63,918 bases of DNA, filler included, from Acidimicrobiia bacterium (GCA_046759765.1; 7 parts of 7 records of this genome joined end to end with filler, not necessarily neighbours in it); one strand, 5' to 3'. Numbered from the whole stretch's first letter, positions 37,458 to 49,676 are shown. Program-made: numbers and translations. The notes: generated by a model not told the origin, from the letters alone.

Positions 37458-40400
37458 GCCGTCGCCGTAAACGTGATCAACGTCCCCTCATCACCAGACT
37501 GAGCCCCAATCGGATCTAAGACAGGCCGACTGTTGAGCAATATCACGGTCACCGCGCCTGAGAACTCTGAGGTGGCGTCGAAGGCGGTGCAGCCGGGGTT
37601 CGTGCAGTGAGTGTTGGTCGTGGTGATCACGTCTCCGGCCGAGCCCAGGAAGCTGTGACTGAAGGATTCCACGCCCGAGCCCGTGTGAGCGATGTTGACC
37701 GACGACACCAGGACTTCTCCCTCTCCGTTTCCGGAGGGGTCGGCGCCAGACGGGTTATCGAAGAACTCGACCCGGTAGTCGCCGGCGGCGAGATCCAGGT
37801 CGAAGTCGACTATCACGGTTCCCCCGGCTTCGCCGGCCGAGGTGATGACAGGGAAGTTCAGGAGGCCGTTCGGACCGCCGTCCACGTCCCCGGGGTCATT
37901 AGGAGTGATGCCGTTGGTGGCGAGATCGATCCCGAGCGAGCCATTCCCGTATATGGAGTTGCGCAGCACTGCCCCTGAGAGACCCGCAATGTTCCGGAAC
38001 GCGAGCCCGAGATCCCCGTTGTATGCGATCGTGTTCGGTTCGTTCGCTCCGAGGCCGCCGATCAGTGACCCGGCTGTTCCCGAACCGGTGTCGATGCCGT
38101 CGTCGGTGTTTCCAAGCGGACCGCTCCCCGTCGCATCGGTCCCGATGAGGTTGCCTTGCACGATGGCGTTGAGACGCTCGAGTCGGAGGCCATCGATGCC
38201 GTTGTCCGAGACGACATTGCCGTCGGCGGCGCCCGGCCCTCCAATAGTCACATTGTCGGCGTCGGCAAAGACGCCCTCGGCCGTGTTGCCGAGGCCGGCG
38301 AGTCCGGTGACGTCGGTACCGATGAGATTGCCGCGAATGATCGCTCCGGTGGCGTTGGTAGTGAGCGAGATCCCCGCCTGGCCGTTGGCCGAAATGACGT
38401 TGGGAGGCCCTGCCGGGTCACCGACAATCGTGTTGAGAGCGAAGTCCGTCAACTCGACACCTTGCCCGCCGTTGCCTAGCGGACCGGTCCCGGCGGCGTT
38501 CACCCCGATGTAGTTGCCGACAACTGAGTTGTCATCCGACCCGGCGTTGCGTATGGCCACTCCGCTCGAGGTGTTGCCGGAAATCACATTTCGGTCGCTG
38601 GGTCCGGTTCCTCCGATCATGTTGTTGGCCGAGGCACCGTTGAGGAGAACTCCGATGTCGCCGTTGGCCAGGGCGACGGAGCCGGTCACGTCAGTGCCGA
38701 TGTAGTTGCCGGCAATCGTGTTGCCGTTGGCGGCAAACAGGTCTACACCTTCGTCGGCGAACCGGTTGATTACGAAGCCGCGAATCGTGCTGCTGTCCGC
38801 TTGGAGGAGGAAGCCGTTGGCCCCGCCCATTGTGAGGCTGCCGTCGAGCTGGATGATGGGCGTGCCGGGAAAGTCCGGCTGGGTGGTGGCGTTGAGGGTG
38901 ACGGGATCCGTCAGGGACGGGAGTGCCGTCGCCGGCTGAATCGTGTAGGAGAGCGGTGCCGCTGAGTAACCGGGCTCAGTGGTCGGGATGTCGAAGCTGA
39001 TCGCGTTCGCACCCGCGTATGCGTTGGCTTCCTCGATGGCAGCCCGGAGTGTGCACTCCGTGGCGCCCTGGGAGTTGAGACCGCCGGTGTTGCAGGCGCC
39101 ATTGCCCGCAACGAGGTCAGCACCGTCGCCCGTGGAGTTAACAACTAGAGAGCCCGGCGTCACTGTGGCGTTGGCTCCGAACTCGGAGCTGTTACTGGAG
39201 GAATCTGTGGCGGTGGCAGTGACGGAATCCCCGGCCGCCAGGGGCACTGCGGCCGGCACCGTCAAGTCACATGCGAAGGTGCCGACGACGGCGAGCGTAC
39301 AGCTGTTGATGAACCACCGGCCCTCACCGTGGCGGACCGAGAGCAAATCGCCTGCCTCGATTTCTCCGTCGTCACCTGTTCCGGGATCGCCTGTGGTATC
39401 AACCCGGAAGACCTCGATGGTGAACGTGTCCGACAGCATGGAGGACGACGTACCCACGTAGCCCTCGATGTGCAGGTTGGTGCCCGAGAACTCCGCGACG
39501 GTCAGAACCGGGTAGTCGAGATCGATATTGGGCAGGGTGGCGTTGGTGGAGCCGTCGTTGGGGGTGACGCCGTCGCCGTTGGGGTTGCCGGACAGGTTGG
39601 TGACATCGATGTCGATGCCGGGTCCGCCGTTGCGGTAGATGGCGTTCTCCGAGATCCGGTTCTGGCTGTTGGTCGATGGGGCGGTCTCCACGACGGTGAT
39701 CCCGGCGCCTGCGACGTCTCGCACGACGTTGTGCCTGACCGTGCTCCCCTGTCCCATGACCCGAATCCCTCCAGTTTCGGGCCCTCCTCCGAAACCGGTG
39801 GCCACGACGGTGTTGTCTTCAATGGTGAAGGGGCCAGCCGAGTTCCAACTCTCGATCCCATAGCCATTGGCACCCTCGATGCGGTTGCCGCGAATAACAA
39901 TGGTCTCGGCACCGGTGGAGGTCAGAGCGATGCCATCGTCGCTCGCGCTCTGGAGGTTGGGCACATAGACATCGTTGCCTTCCACGGTCGATGTCTCGAA
40001 GATCCTGATGCCCATGTCCCGGGTGTAGTAGGCGAGGTTGTTACGGACATCGGCTTCGCCCCCGTCTGGGCGGATCCCGTGACCCCCGACTTCGTCGCCC
40101 ACCGCGGGAGCGGTTCCGTCGGCCCGGGCACCGACGAAACTCTCCTCGATCAAACCTCCGGTGCCAGCGCTGAACCGAATACCGATGCCCGGAGTGTTGT
40201 AAACACCGATCCGACGGATGGTTACGCTCGACGCGGCGGCGTCCAGCGCGATTCCCGTGTCGGCGGCGTTGATCTCCAACTCGGGGCGGTTGAAGGTACC
40301 CAGCGTCGGCTCGTCGCCTGTTCCTTCGATCCCGTCGGGACCGGTGCCTACCGCCGCTCCGGAGTTGCCGGCCGTCCCGGGGTTGGTTTCGCGAACCTGC

Positions 40401-42376
40401 GTGACGGCGGCGCATCCGCTCGTGCCGTCGTCCCAGGCGCAATATGCAGTTCCGTCGATAGTCGTGGATGACCCCGAAAGGGCGGGCATGGCACCCACGA
40501 CCAGATCGAGGCGCCACCAGGTGCCTCCGCCACCCGACCCGTTGGTGGGGCCGACGGGATGGAAGCGCATAGCGTTGGCGTCGGCAATGGCATTGGCGTT
40601 TTGGATCAACTGACGCACAGAGCCCTGCTTGGTTCGGTTGGCGCCGAGGTCGTCGTCGCTGTCCAACGCGGTAGTAACAACATTGAACGAGAAGCCGAAG
40701 TCGATGTTCGAGACGGCAGCCCCGGATACGGTTACACGGGCGTAGTGCTCGGCCGTGGCTGGGCCGGTGGCGTCATCTGAGATTCCTGCCGTTTCGCCGG
40801 CATAGCAGGAGCCGGCTGTGCCTCTGATGACAGGGGTAGCGCCGTCGGTACAGTGCGCACCGGCAGATCCGTAGGTCTGCTCCGCCCAGATATCGGTCTG
40901 TACAGCCGCCGGATCCTGGGCGGACGGAACTGTCTTGGAGTCGACCACCACGAAGTAGGTGCCGTCAGAAACGGTCGAGAACGTGTAGTTGCCGGAGCCG
41001 TCCGTGGAAGCAGGGTTGGGAGCAACGGCCGCCAGCGCATCGCCGGCGTCGAGCACGTTGTCGCCATCGTCGGCGTACAGGTAAACATCGACGCCGGAAA
41101 CGCCGGGGTTGTTGACGTCGCCGACGACCCCATCATTCAGTCCGTCACCCACCAAATCGTCGAACACCGTCCCCGAGATCGTGATAACGGGCGGTTCGTA
41201 TTCGAAGGCTCCGGAATCGCAGCTGGGACCCTGGGGACGGGTGATGCCTCTCTGGTCAGTCGCCGGGCAGGTTGGTGAGGCTGTGTCCAGAGCGGGGCTC
41301 CCGGCACCGATGGCGTGCGTCTGCGTCGGCCCGCCGTTGTCGGCCAGAGGGCCGAGCAAGGGGTCGGTGTTGATCTGGTCACCCGGGCCGGCGAAACCAC
41401 AGGTGTTGGCAGAGTCGATGTTGTAGCCGTCTGAGGTCATCGAGCCCTGGCAGTTCTCCGTCCCGTTGTCGGCAATGATCGTGTTCTCAAAGGTGGCGGT
41501 CATGCCGTTGAAAACTCCGTCACCCAAAGGGGCAGTGTTACCACTGATCGTCGAGTGGCGGACCTCGATCGATCCCGCGACGTTCTGCCGGATCCCACCT
41601 CCCTCGTCACCCGAGGTATTGCCGCTGAAGGTCGAGTTCGTAACGGAGACAACGCCGTTGCCGTTGAAGAGGCCTCCACCATCGCGGGTCGTGGCATCGT
41701 TTCCGCTCACGGTGACTCGATCGAGCGTCATCGTGCCGCCGGTCGTAAAGATGCCGCCGCCGTCCCTCGTGCTGGTGTTCCCGCTGACGCTCGAATCCGT
41801 CACATTCACGCTCGATCCAGAAGCGTGAATGGCCCCGCCGCGGTCGGAAGCAGCGTTCGCGGTAAATACCGTCCGGTCAAGGGTCAGGCTCGCCGAGGTG
41901 ACCCGTACGCCCGCCCCAAGGTCGACCGCGCCGTTCCGAATCGTCACGTCACTGACGACGATTGACGACCCGCCTGACACTTCGAACACGCGGTCGAGGG
42001 CTCCTCCGTCGATAATCGTCGAACTCGCGCCGGCGCCGGTGAGGGTGAGGACGCTCGAAAGATCCAGGTCCCCGGTTGCTGCTGCGTCCTCTCCCGGGCC
42101 TGCGATCGTCAGCGTGTAGGTCCCGGCGGGAATGTTGATCGTGTCCGCTCCCGCGAGAGCATTGGCCTCCTGGATGGCGGCCCGGAGCGTGCACTGACCG
42201 CCGCCGGTGGCACAGATGCCATCACCCGGAGCCGCATCGACCGCATCGGCCGTCGAATCAACGTTGAAGGTGGCTGCAAAGGCGGGGGCGACCCCTACTA
42301 CAGCCTGGGATGCCAGGACCATGAGGGTCAAGCCGGTGATGAAACCCGCCCGGCCCCGATGGCGCCCGCCCCGCAT
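37458..42376 (-). CDS. Large secreted CSLREA-domain/parallel beta-helix surface protein (>1630 aa, 3'-truncated)
   Basis: Signal peptide, two CTLRAAI motifs, LGPLADNGGPTQTH..DQRG, repeated GNYIGTD/NVISGN beta-helix motifs. Confidence 0.88.
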
Positions 42377-42381
42377 ACCCG

Positions 42382-43812
42382 TTACCGCGCCGCCTCGGCG
42401 GGATCGCGCTGGGAATCTTCGGCGGCCGCGGAAGGTAACACGGCCTCGAGCACCAGGGGTAGACGAATCGTGAAATGAGTCTCACCCCGTACTCGAGCGT
42501 GGGTGACGCTCCCTCCCATGCCTTGAGAGAGCGCGTGCACGATCGCGAGGCCCAGCCCCACGCTTCCCTTGACGGCCGGGGCCTGCCCTTGGTGAACGAA
42601 TCGCTCGAAGAGTCGATCAGCGACCTCCTCAGGTATCCCCTGCCCGTCATCAACTACCGAGCAGACGTAAGTGCGTCCCTCCACACTTCCCTCAACTCGG
42701 ATCTGGTCGCCTCCGTACTTGCGAGCATTCGAGAGGAGATTTCGCAGGATCTGGCGCAGCCGAAGGCGGTCCGCCCGGACCATACCGGCATGGCATTCCA
42801 CAGAAATCTCGACTCCGGCCCGCGCAAGAGGGACGACGACCTCGGCCACTTCGTCGCTGATCTCTACGTCCTCGAAGTTGTAGTGAAGGGCACCGGCATC
42901 GAGACGCGCGGTGGTCAGCAGATCCTCCACCATGCGTGACAGGTCACCACTCTCCGAGATGATCAGGTCCAATAGCTCTGCGGCCGTCTCGGACCCTGAG
43001 ATTGCAGTGTCCTCGGCTAGCAGCAACGCCAGCCCGGTGATCCCTGTAAGTGGCGTTCTCAGCTCGTGCGAGGCGTTGGCAATGAACTCCTCTCGAGCTC
43101 TGCTCAGCTCCCGTTCCGACTCCAGACGGCTTTCCAGCTCCACCTGGCGCTGCTGGCGGCGCAGAAGCTCCCGGTATATGAAGATAACGGCGGCCGGTAT
43201 CAGGAAGGCAACTAGGAAGCGGGCGATGTTGCCGATTCGGCCCAAGAGAGCATCGGACGCCGCCACCGAGGCGGCGAGCTCGTCTCTCACCCGCTCCAGT
43301 TCCCCGACGAGTGCCCTGAACTCGCCATCCAGGGTCTCGTTAGAGAGACGCTGGGCCGAATCGGGGTCGTCTTCTTTGAGCAGCTCGACGATCTGCATCG
43401 CGGTCATGTCGAATCTCTCGACCATGTGTCTCACGCCCGTGCCGATCAGCAGCTCTTCCTCTTCGAGCTCGAGAAGGCCTTGAGCCAGGTCCCCGAGTGC
43501 GGTCTCTGCCTCGCTGATCGAGAGATCGATTGCCTCTCCGGAATGGGTACCGAACACGCGGTCGACGGCCGCCATGTGGACCGCCAGAGCCACCTGGGCC
43601 CTGACCACGGTGGCAGCCCGAAGCGTCTCATCGGCGTTGTGCAGGCCAGCCGCATTCGTGGTGATCTGCTGACTTCCATGAGCAATCGAGAAGACCAGCC
43701 CGAGAATGAGAAGTAGGGCGATTCCCGACACCAGGGTGATCGCCAAAACGCGGTCGAAGCGAGACCGCGGACGCCGCCCGTCTGGGGTTCGGAGAAGGAG
43801 TCGGTCAGCCAT
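42382..43812 (-). CDS. Membrane sensor histidine kinase
   Basis: Two TM helices, ASHELRTPL, NLLSNARKY, DDGQGI, GLGLAI. Confidence 0.92.
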   Translation of the reverse strand: MADRLLLRTPDGRRPRSRFDRVLAITLVSGIALLLILGLVFSIAHGSQQITTNAAGLHNADETLRAATVVRAQVALAVHMAAVDRVFGTHSGEAIDLSISEAETALGDLAQGLLELEEEELLIGTGVRHMVERFDMTAMQIVELLKEDDPDSAQRLSNETLDGEFRALVGELERVRDELAASVAASDALLGRIGNIARFLVAFLIPAAVIFIYRELLRRQQRQVELESRLESERELSRAREEFIANASHELRTPLTGITGLALLLAEDTAISGSETAAELLDLIISESGDLSRMVEDLLTTARLDAGALHYNFEDVEISDEVAEVVVPLARAGVEISVECHAGMVRADRLRLRQILRNLLSNARKYGGDQIRVEGSVEGRTYVCSVVDDGQGIPEEVADRLFERFVHQGQAPAVKGSVGLGLAIVHALSQGMGGSVTHARVRGETHFTIRLPLVLEAVLPSAAAEDSQRDPAEAAR

Positions 43813-44091
43813 TCCTTATTGATCGGCGCCCCCTTGGGGTTCATTTATGTGGAATCGCTCCCAGCGGCCCCAATACCAGAGGGTTCAGGCGCCTCCCACC
43901 GGATCGTCGGGGAGCCACGCCAAACTGCCCGTCAAGCTGCAACCCCTGGGCACGTGCTGAGGACGAGTCAAGATCGATGCTGGCTGCCTGGCTTTATCTA
44001 GCTATCTCGATACAAAGGTGGATGCCGGGCTCGGCACGCGGAGACCAAGCGAGGGGTAGCTAGGCCGTGACTAGTGCGCCAGGAAACGGCG

Positions 44092-44115
44092 AAAACCCTC
44101 CCGCGGGGGGAGGGT
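44092..44115 (-). terminator. Intrinsic terminator-like hairpin
   Basis: ACCCTCCC/GGGAGGGT stem followed by TTTT on the minus strand. Confidence 0.6.
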
Positions 44116-44448
44116 CTTCGAGCAGCAAATGCAGTCTCAGGCTTCGGTGGTGCTAGGCGGCGCTGCGCCGCGGAGAGTAGGAGGAGCGTGAGTCAGAGCT
44201 GCCGCCCAGCACCATACGAAGAGGGACGACCATGCCCAAGACCACGCGGCTTCGCCGATCCAAAGCCTGGGTGCGGGGACGCACCCTGTGCCGTCTCGAA
44301 CATGGTCATCATGCCTGCAACAACGAAGGTCGCACCCCGCCGCTACCCGAACTGTCGCAAGGCCGACCTTCACACTCTTTGGAGTGAAGGCCACGCAGTG
44401 AGTTTTCCCTGACGGCTGAATCATCCGATAAGGTAGCCTCCCGAGTCC

Positions 44449-45399
44449 ATGTTCGTGGACGAGTCGGTGTTTTCTCTCGACGCGATCGCTCCCGAGGTTC
44501 GAGAGTTCAACGACGAGCTCGAGCGGCTGCTTGCAGAGGCACCCGACATCACGCGGCTGCCTCCACAGGACGTGCGTGACGCTCGGGAGCGTGGAGAAAG
44601 CATCTTCGGGCCTATCCGCCTCTCGGATCGGGCGGCCGATCGGTACATCTCCGGTCCGAGCTCCAGGATCCGGCTGCGCGTCCACGTATCCGAGGGAGCC
44701 CGCGGCGTCTATCTCCACATCCACGGGGGCGGTTGGGTACTCGGAGCCGCCCATCACCGCGACCTGATGCTTGATCGGCTAGCCGACGCCGCCTCGGTCA
44801 CCGTAGTCAGCGTCGACTACCGCCTGGCACCCGAGCATCCCTATCCGGCTGGCCCCGACGACTGCGAACTAACGGCTCTTTGGCTCGTCGAGAACTGCGT
44901 CGCCGAATTCGGTACCGATCGGCTGGTGATCGGAGGCGAGTCTGCCGGAGCGCACCTCGCGGTCGTGACCCTGCTTCGGTTGCGAGACCGGCACGGGGAT
45001 CCGGGGTTCCGGGGAGCCAACTTGGCCTACGGCGCCTATGACCTATCTGGAACGCCTACAGCTGCGAACTGGGGGAAACGCAATCTCATCCTCTCTGAGC
45101 CGATCATCCGCTGGTTCGCGGATCACTTCGTCCCGGCCGAGCTCAGACGTGAACCAGATGTCTCACCTCTGTATGCCGACCTTCAAGGTCTTCCTCCGGC
45201 TCTGTTCACCGTCGGGACACTCGACCCACTTCTCGACGACACGCTCTTTATGGCTCAACGCTGGATAGCAGCCGGCAATGAGACCGACTTGGCCCTATAC
45301 GCCGGCGGTGTGCATGCTTTCGACTACTTCGAAGAGCATCCCCTCGCTGAGGGGGCGCTCGAGCGAACCCATCGGTTCATCCAATCCCGGACTGAGTAA
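44449..45399 (+). CDS. Alpha/beta hydrolase (HSL-family esterase)
   Basis: HGGGW, DYRLAPEH, GESAG, DPLLDD, HAF. Confidence 0.93.
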   Translation: MFVDESVFSLDAIAPEVREFNDELERLLAEAPDITRLPPQDVRDARERGESIFGPIRLSDRAADRYISGPSSRIRLRVHVSEGARGVYLHIHGGGWVLGAAHHRDLMLDRLADAASVTVVSVDYRLAPEHPYPAGPDDCELTALWLVENCVAEFGTDRLVIGGESAGAHLAVVTLLRLRDRHGDPGFRGANLAYGAYDLSGTPTAANWGKRNLILSEPIIRWFADHFVPAELRREPDVSPLYADLQGLPPALFTVGTLDPLLDDTLFMAQRWIAAGNETDLALYAGGVHAFDYFEEHPLAEGALERTHRFIQSRTE

Positions 45400-45486
45400 C
45401 AGAATCTGTCGCCCAGCCGACAATCCCGGCCGTTCTCCAGCTCAAACGGGTTGAACGCGGTTGTAGTCGCCAAGAAGGAGGTCTTC

Positions 45487-46425
45487 ATGGCTACAGCACT
45501 ATCAACCCTCGTGATCCCGGCCGAAGGAGCCGACTATCGCGAAAAGACGGGTCATCGAAGGGCAGGGCTGGCTCTCGGTGTGGTCGGACTCGGACTGGCG
45601 ACGATCACGTTGATTGCCAGCATTGTCGCGGCCCAGCAACTCAGCGACGGCGAGGAAGTCGCCTCGACTCTGGCCTGGTCGTTCGGGCTGACAACAACCG
45701 CCTTCTCAATACTGAAGTTTGGGATCGCGGTGATCTTGGTCGGGATCCTCGTGCGTCTCTGGTTTCGTTGGGACAGCATGGACGTCACGCTCCCCAAACT
45801 GAAGGGGTCGGCGGAAGGCAAGGCTCCGGTCGGCGATTTCGAGTCACCGTTTGGGCCCGCTTTGGCGACGGACAAGGCACCGAAGGAGCTGCCGATTCAC
45901 AAGATGGCCAGGACCCTATGGGCTCCAATGTTGGCCATGGGAGCGATGGCCGTCGCCGCCGGACTTGTCGTGTCGATCGTCTGGGCGAATCAGGATGTCA
46001 CTTCGGCCACCGGGGCGGCGGCGTGGACGCAGGGCCTCCAGTTCTTGGGTGAGGCGTTCATTCTCTCCGGCATCTCGTTCTTGCTTGGGTCGATCGTGGG
46101 GCTGATCCGCAAGGGCGGCGGCGAGGTTCAGGAAAGCCTGGGCCTTACCGTGAAGACGCTCAAGATGCCGGTCAGTGCCAAGCTGTTCGTGGTGCTGATG
46201 ATGGCCGGCTTGCTGGTCGGTGTCGCCCAGTTCATCGGGTATCTCTTTGTGGCGTCGCTTAGCGATCTCACACAAGTCGCTTCGAACTTCGCCTGGCTGG
46301 GACCGTTCCGTGAACTCGGACTCGGGTTGCTGCTGGCCGGCATCGTGCTGGCGCTGGCGTCCATTGCTCGGGCGCTGGGTTTCCAGGCGTGGCGAGTGCG
46401 CGAAATCATCACGACCGGACAGTGA
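45487..46425 (+). CDS. Hypothetical multi-pass membrane protein
   Basis: About six TM segments; AAGGAGG RBS. Confidence 0.8.
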   Translation: MATALSTLVIPAEGADYREKTGHRRAGLALGVVGLGLATITLIASIVAAQQLSDGEEVASTLAWSFGLTTTAFSILKFGIAVILVGILVRLWFRWDSMDVTLPKLKGSAEGKAPVGDFESPFGPALATDKAPKELPIHKMARTLWAPMLAMGAMAVAAGLVVSIVWANQDVTSATGAAAWTQGLQFLGEAFILSGISFLLGSIVGLIRKGGGEVQESLGLTVKTLKMPVSAKLFVVLMMAGLLVGVAQFIGYLFVASLSDLTQVASNFAWLGPFRELGLGLLLAGIVLALASIARALGFQAWRVREIITTGQ

Positions 46426-46437
46426 AGGAAAGAAAAA

Positions 46438-46516
46438 ATGGCAAGCACACTCAGTAGAACCGAATTCGACGTCGAGCTCAGCGATCACCCGCTCCCGCCA
46501 AGTCTTCCTCAGAAGG
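46438..46516 (+). CDS. 5' fragment of a gene cut by contig end
   Basis: ATG after AAGGA; open to gap (MASTLSRTEFDVELSDHPLPP...). Confidence 0.5.
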
Positions 46517-46616
46517 NNNNNNNNNNNNNNNNNNNNNNNNNNNNNNNNNNNNNNNNNNNNTTAATTAATTAANNNNNNNNNNNNNNNNNNNNNNNNNNNN
46601 NNNNNNNNNNNNNNNN
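46517..46616. other. Artificial contig linker
   Basis: N/TTAATTAATTAA/N. Confidence 0.99.
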
Positions 46617-46671
46617 GAACCTCTGACCTCTTCCGCGTCAAGGAAGCGCTCTCCCCCTGAGCTAAGCGCCC
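46617..46671 (-). tRNA. tRNA-Val(GAC), 3'-truncated by contig edge
   Basis: GGGCGCTTAGCTCAG...CTTCC-TTGACGC-GGAAG...GGTTC. Confidence 0.9.
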
Positions 46672-46692
46672 GAGATCTGACACCCTATCAGT

Positions 46693-46767
46693 TGGAGGCG
46701 ACGCCCGGAATCGAACCGGGGTACCGGGTTTTGCAGACCCGTGCCTAAGCCACTCGGCCACGCCGCC
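46693..46767 (-). tRNA. tRNA-Cys(GCA)
   Basis: GGCGGCGTGGCCGAGTGG...CTGCAAA...GGTTCGATTCC...CCA. Confidence 0.96.
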
Positions 46768-46802
46768 ACACACGAAGCGGGACGACCGAAGCCGCCCCTT
46801 CG

Positions 46803-46875
46803 AGCGGAAGACGGGTATCGAACCCGCGACCTCAACCTTGGCAAGGTTGCGCTCTACCAACTGAGCTACTTCCGC
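46803..46875 (-). tRNA. tRNA-Gly(GCC)
   Basis: GCGGAAGTAGCTCAG...CAACC-TTGCCAA-GGTTG...GGTTCGATACC. Confidence 0.96.
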
Positions 46876-46896
46876 AGGCGTCACGAGTGTAGCCCT

Positions 46897-47325
46897 TCAG
46901 CTTCCCGTCGAACCGAAGCCATCAGCGCCCCTACCAGTGTTCGGGAGCTCGTCGGTTTCCACAAACTCGGCCAGGTCTACCGGCACCACCACTAGCTGAG
47001 CTATCCGGTCGCCGCGCTCGATCTTGACCTCCTCTGACCCGAGGTTGATGAGGATCACTTTGATCTCGCCGCGGTAACCGGAGTCGACCAAACCTGGACT
47101 GTTGACAACGCCGATGCCGGAGTGGGCCGCGAGGCCGCTGCGGGGCACGACCAGCCCTGCGAAAGCAGGTGGAATAGCGACGGCAAGCCCTGTCGGAACT
47201 ACCGCGCGCTCGCCGGGCGCCAGTCGTGCGGCTTCCCGCGCGCTGAGATCTACCCCCCCATCCCCCGGGTGCGCTCGGGCCGGCGGGGGTAGTTCCTTGT
47301 CCAGCCTCGTGAAGCTAATCTGCAT
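46897..47325 (-). CDS. dut: dUTP diphosphatase
   Basis: [37 protein letters not shown]. Confidence 0.96.
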   Translation of the reverse strand: MQISFTRLDKELPPPARAHPGDGGVDLSAREAARLAPGERAVVPTGLAVAIPPAFAGLVVPRSGLAAHSGIGVVNSPGLVDSGYRGEIKVILINLGSEEVKIERGDRIAQLVVVPVDLAEFVETDELPNTGRGADGFGSTGS

Positions 47326-47375
47326 TGCCAGTAGGTTTCGGGCCTCGCGGGTGGAGGCAATCAGAGAGGATTGGT

Positions 47376-48866
47376 TTGCCGCCCGCGTACTGTACCGTCT
47401 GCGACTCGGCCGTCGACCGAGACCACATCTGTCCCAGTTACACCCCCTCGCCTTCTCCGCGCCGTGGTGGCCGCCACCGAGCTCCGGGGCGCGTCAGGAG
47501 GATCTATGTGTGGTTCGGAGGCTTGAGGAGCCAGGGTCGCCATGCGGTGTCCGGGGCGCAGAAAACCGCCTCTCCCACAGCGGCGAGGACCGCCGACACC
47601 GTCGCGGCGCCGGCGGCTCAGCACAGTCCCCCGCCTGGTCCCAAGCCGGTCGGACCAATCCGCCAGGCTCCGCCTGGTAGACCTCTGCCGACTCAACGCT
47701 CTGTGCCGGCGTCGGCCGCGATGGCCGCCACGGCTACCACCCGCCGCTACCGAATTCCCGTTATGGAGTTGCTCGGCCTCTCCGACACGGCCGAGCTCAC
47801 CATCTCGCTCCCGGCCTCGCCGACGGATGATCTCTCGATCGATCTGCATGCCACCACTCTTGTCGTGGCGCCTCCCGAGGAACCGGTCACAGTCATCCCG
47901 GAGGTGGATCCTGAAGACTGGGAAGGCGTTCCCAGCCTGGCGGATGTGCAGACGAGCGACGAGACCGATACCGGCGCTCTGATCGGAAAACTCTGGGAGG
48001 CGACGGAGGAGTCCCTCATCCTCGAGGAGGAGTGGGCTCCCGAAGAACCTGAGTCCGCCAGACGCTCTTACGTTCCCTTTTGGATTGTGGGCGGTGCCGC
48101 GGTCCTGGTCGCCACGGTCGCGGCCGTTTGGGTCGCCACGGGCAGCAATACGCGCAGCAATGAGGACCTTCGTGTCGAATATGCAGAGGCTTCCGCACAG
48201 CTGCGCGAGACAACAGCACTAGTAGCAGGCACGCTCGATCCGATCACGAGCCTCGATGTTGAAACCGGCGACGTGTCGGGAGCCGCTGCAGCCATTGCCG
48301 ATCTGGAAGCGGCGGCACGCCGGGCAACCGGCGTCGCCTCAGAGGCACCACCCACAGGCCCGTTCCAGGAAACAGATCCCGACATCGAACCCATCAGGGC
48401 GAACCTTCGGACCGCGGCTGAACGTGCCGGCGAGCTCGAACTCCGTCTGGCGGAGGTGCTCACCTACCAATTGCTCCTGGACCGCTCCTTCCAGCTGCCG
48501 CCGTTGCCCTACGCCATCACACAGGACAACATCCCGGCCCTCGGAGTGGAGATAACCCTGGCCACCGCCGAGACCACAGAAGCGGTCGACCAGCTGCCTC
48601 GTGATCCGGCGCTGGCCAACCACCGCCAGCGAGTCGTCAACTTTGCAGAGCGGCTCGAGACATGGCAGGTCGAGTACCTGGAAGCGGTTCGAAATGACGA
48701 CCTCGACGCCACCTCGGCGCTCATCGAGGAGTTCGAGACCGGTGTCGCGAACCTGAGGAGAGACCTAGAGACGCCGCTCGAGAGGATCCGTGGGTGGGTG
48801 GACAGCGCCGTTGACTACGTGCTGGCGGCACTCGATCGGATCGACGACTTGTTGGCCGAGTCCTGA
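47376..48866 (+). CDS. Hypothetical membrane-anchored protein (start uncertain)
   Basis: Long ORF with Cys cluster, Pro-rich linker, TM helix and helical C-terminus. Confidence 0.65.
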   Translation: MPPAYCTVCDSAVDRDHICPSYTPSPSPRRGGRHRAPGRVRRIYVWFGGLRSQGRHAVSGAQKTASPTAARTADTVAAPAAQHSPPPGPKPVGPIRQAPPGRPLPTQRSVPASAAMAATATTRRYRIPVMELLGLSDTAELTISLPASPTDDLSIDLHATTLVVAPPEEPVTVIPEVDPEDWEGVPSLADVQTSDETDTGALIGKLWEATEESLILEEEWAPEEPESARRSYVPFWIVGGAAVLVATVAAVWVATGSNTRSNEDLRVEYAEASAQLRETTALVAGTLDPITSLDVETGDVSGAAAAIADLEAAARRATGVASEAPPTGPFQETDPDIEPIRANLRTAAERAGELELRLAEVLTYQLLLDRSFQLPPLPYAITQDNIPALGVEITLATAETTEAVDQLPRDPALANHRQRVVNFAERLETWQVEYLEAVRNDDLDATSALIEEFETGVANLRRDLETPLERIRGWVDSAVDYVLAALDRIDDLLAES

Positions 48867-49306
48867 GGGGCCATTTCCGCCACTTCCCTTTCGAAGTCTT
48901 CGGCGTCTTCGAAGTCCTTGTAGACCGACGCAAACCGAAGATAGGCGGGCTCATCCAGCTCTCTGAGCTGGAGAAGCACCAGCCTGCCAATGTCGTCTGA
49001 GTCGAGTCGAGGTCCCATCTCCACAAGCTCAGCCTCTATCCGGGCCACGACCTGGTTCACCCTAGAGGGGGCGACCGGCCGGTCGGCCAGCGCCTGCTCC
49101 AGTCCGTGCCGGATCTTCTCCGCGTCGAACGGCTCCACGCGGCCGTCGCGTTTGCGGACCGATAGCAGTACGTCGGCGCGTTCGTACGTAGTGAAGCGGT
49201 TGCCGCAGGCGGTGCAGCTGCGCCTCCGCCTAATCACCGTCCCTGCCTCGGTGGGTCGGCTGTCGACTACCCGCGTCGATTCTGCATCGCAGTAAGGACA
49301 GCGCAT
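48815..49306 (-). CDS. nrdR: Transcriptional repressor NrdR
   Basis: MRCPYC, VVDSR, IRRRRSC..CGNRFTTYE, AYLRFASVY. Confidence 0.96.
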   Translation of the reverse strand: MRCPYCDAESTRVVDSRPTEAGTVIRRRRSCTACGNRFTTYERADVLLSVRKRDGRVEPFDAEKIRHGLEQALADRPVAPSRVNQVVARIEAELVEMGPRLDSDDIGRLVLLQLRELDEPAYLRFASVYKDFEDAEDFEREVAEMAPQDSANKSSIRSSAAST

Positions 49307-49337
49307 CGCCAGCGAGCGTAGTGGACCCGCCACCGCC

Positions 49338-49640
49338 TCAGTCGTCCAGAGGCACAACGATGCGATCGCCGGCGTGGATCGTGCTGGTGGACAGCCCGTT
49401 CAGAGCCTTGAGCTCCCACACCACCGCTCGGATGTCTTCTGCCGGACCCACCAGGGACTCGGCAATAGCCCATAGCGTCTCCCCCGCCTGAACCACATGG
49501 ACCTCGTTGGACCGTGGCGCTCCTCCCGCCCGCACCCCCGAAGCGAGCAGGAGGAAGAACACCACGACCAGCGCAGTGAAGAGGACCGCGACCCTCGGTA
49601 GGGCGGTGTCGCCGCTCGTCATGCCCGTCGCCTCCTGCAT
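49338..49640 (-). CDS. TM-LysM protein (YneA/ChiZ-like SOS division inhibitor candidate)
   Basis: TM helix, HVVQAGETLWAIA LysM; divergent from lexA. Confidence 0.85.
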   Translation of the reverse strand: MQEATGMTSGDTALPRVAVLFTALVVVFFLLLASGVRAGGAPRSNEVHVVQAGETLWAIAESLVGPAEDIRAVVWELKALNGLSTSTIHAGDRIVVPLDD

Positions 49641-49676
49641 CGCTTCTCGGGACCTTTATACGTCGCCACTGTGACA

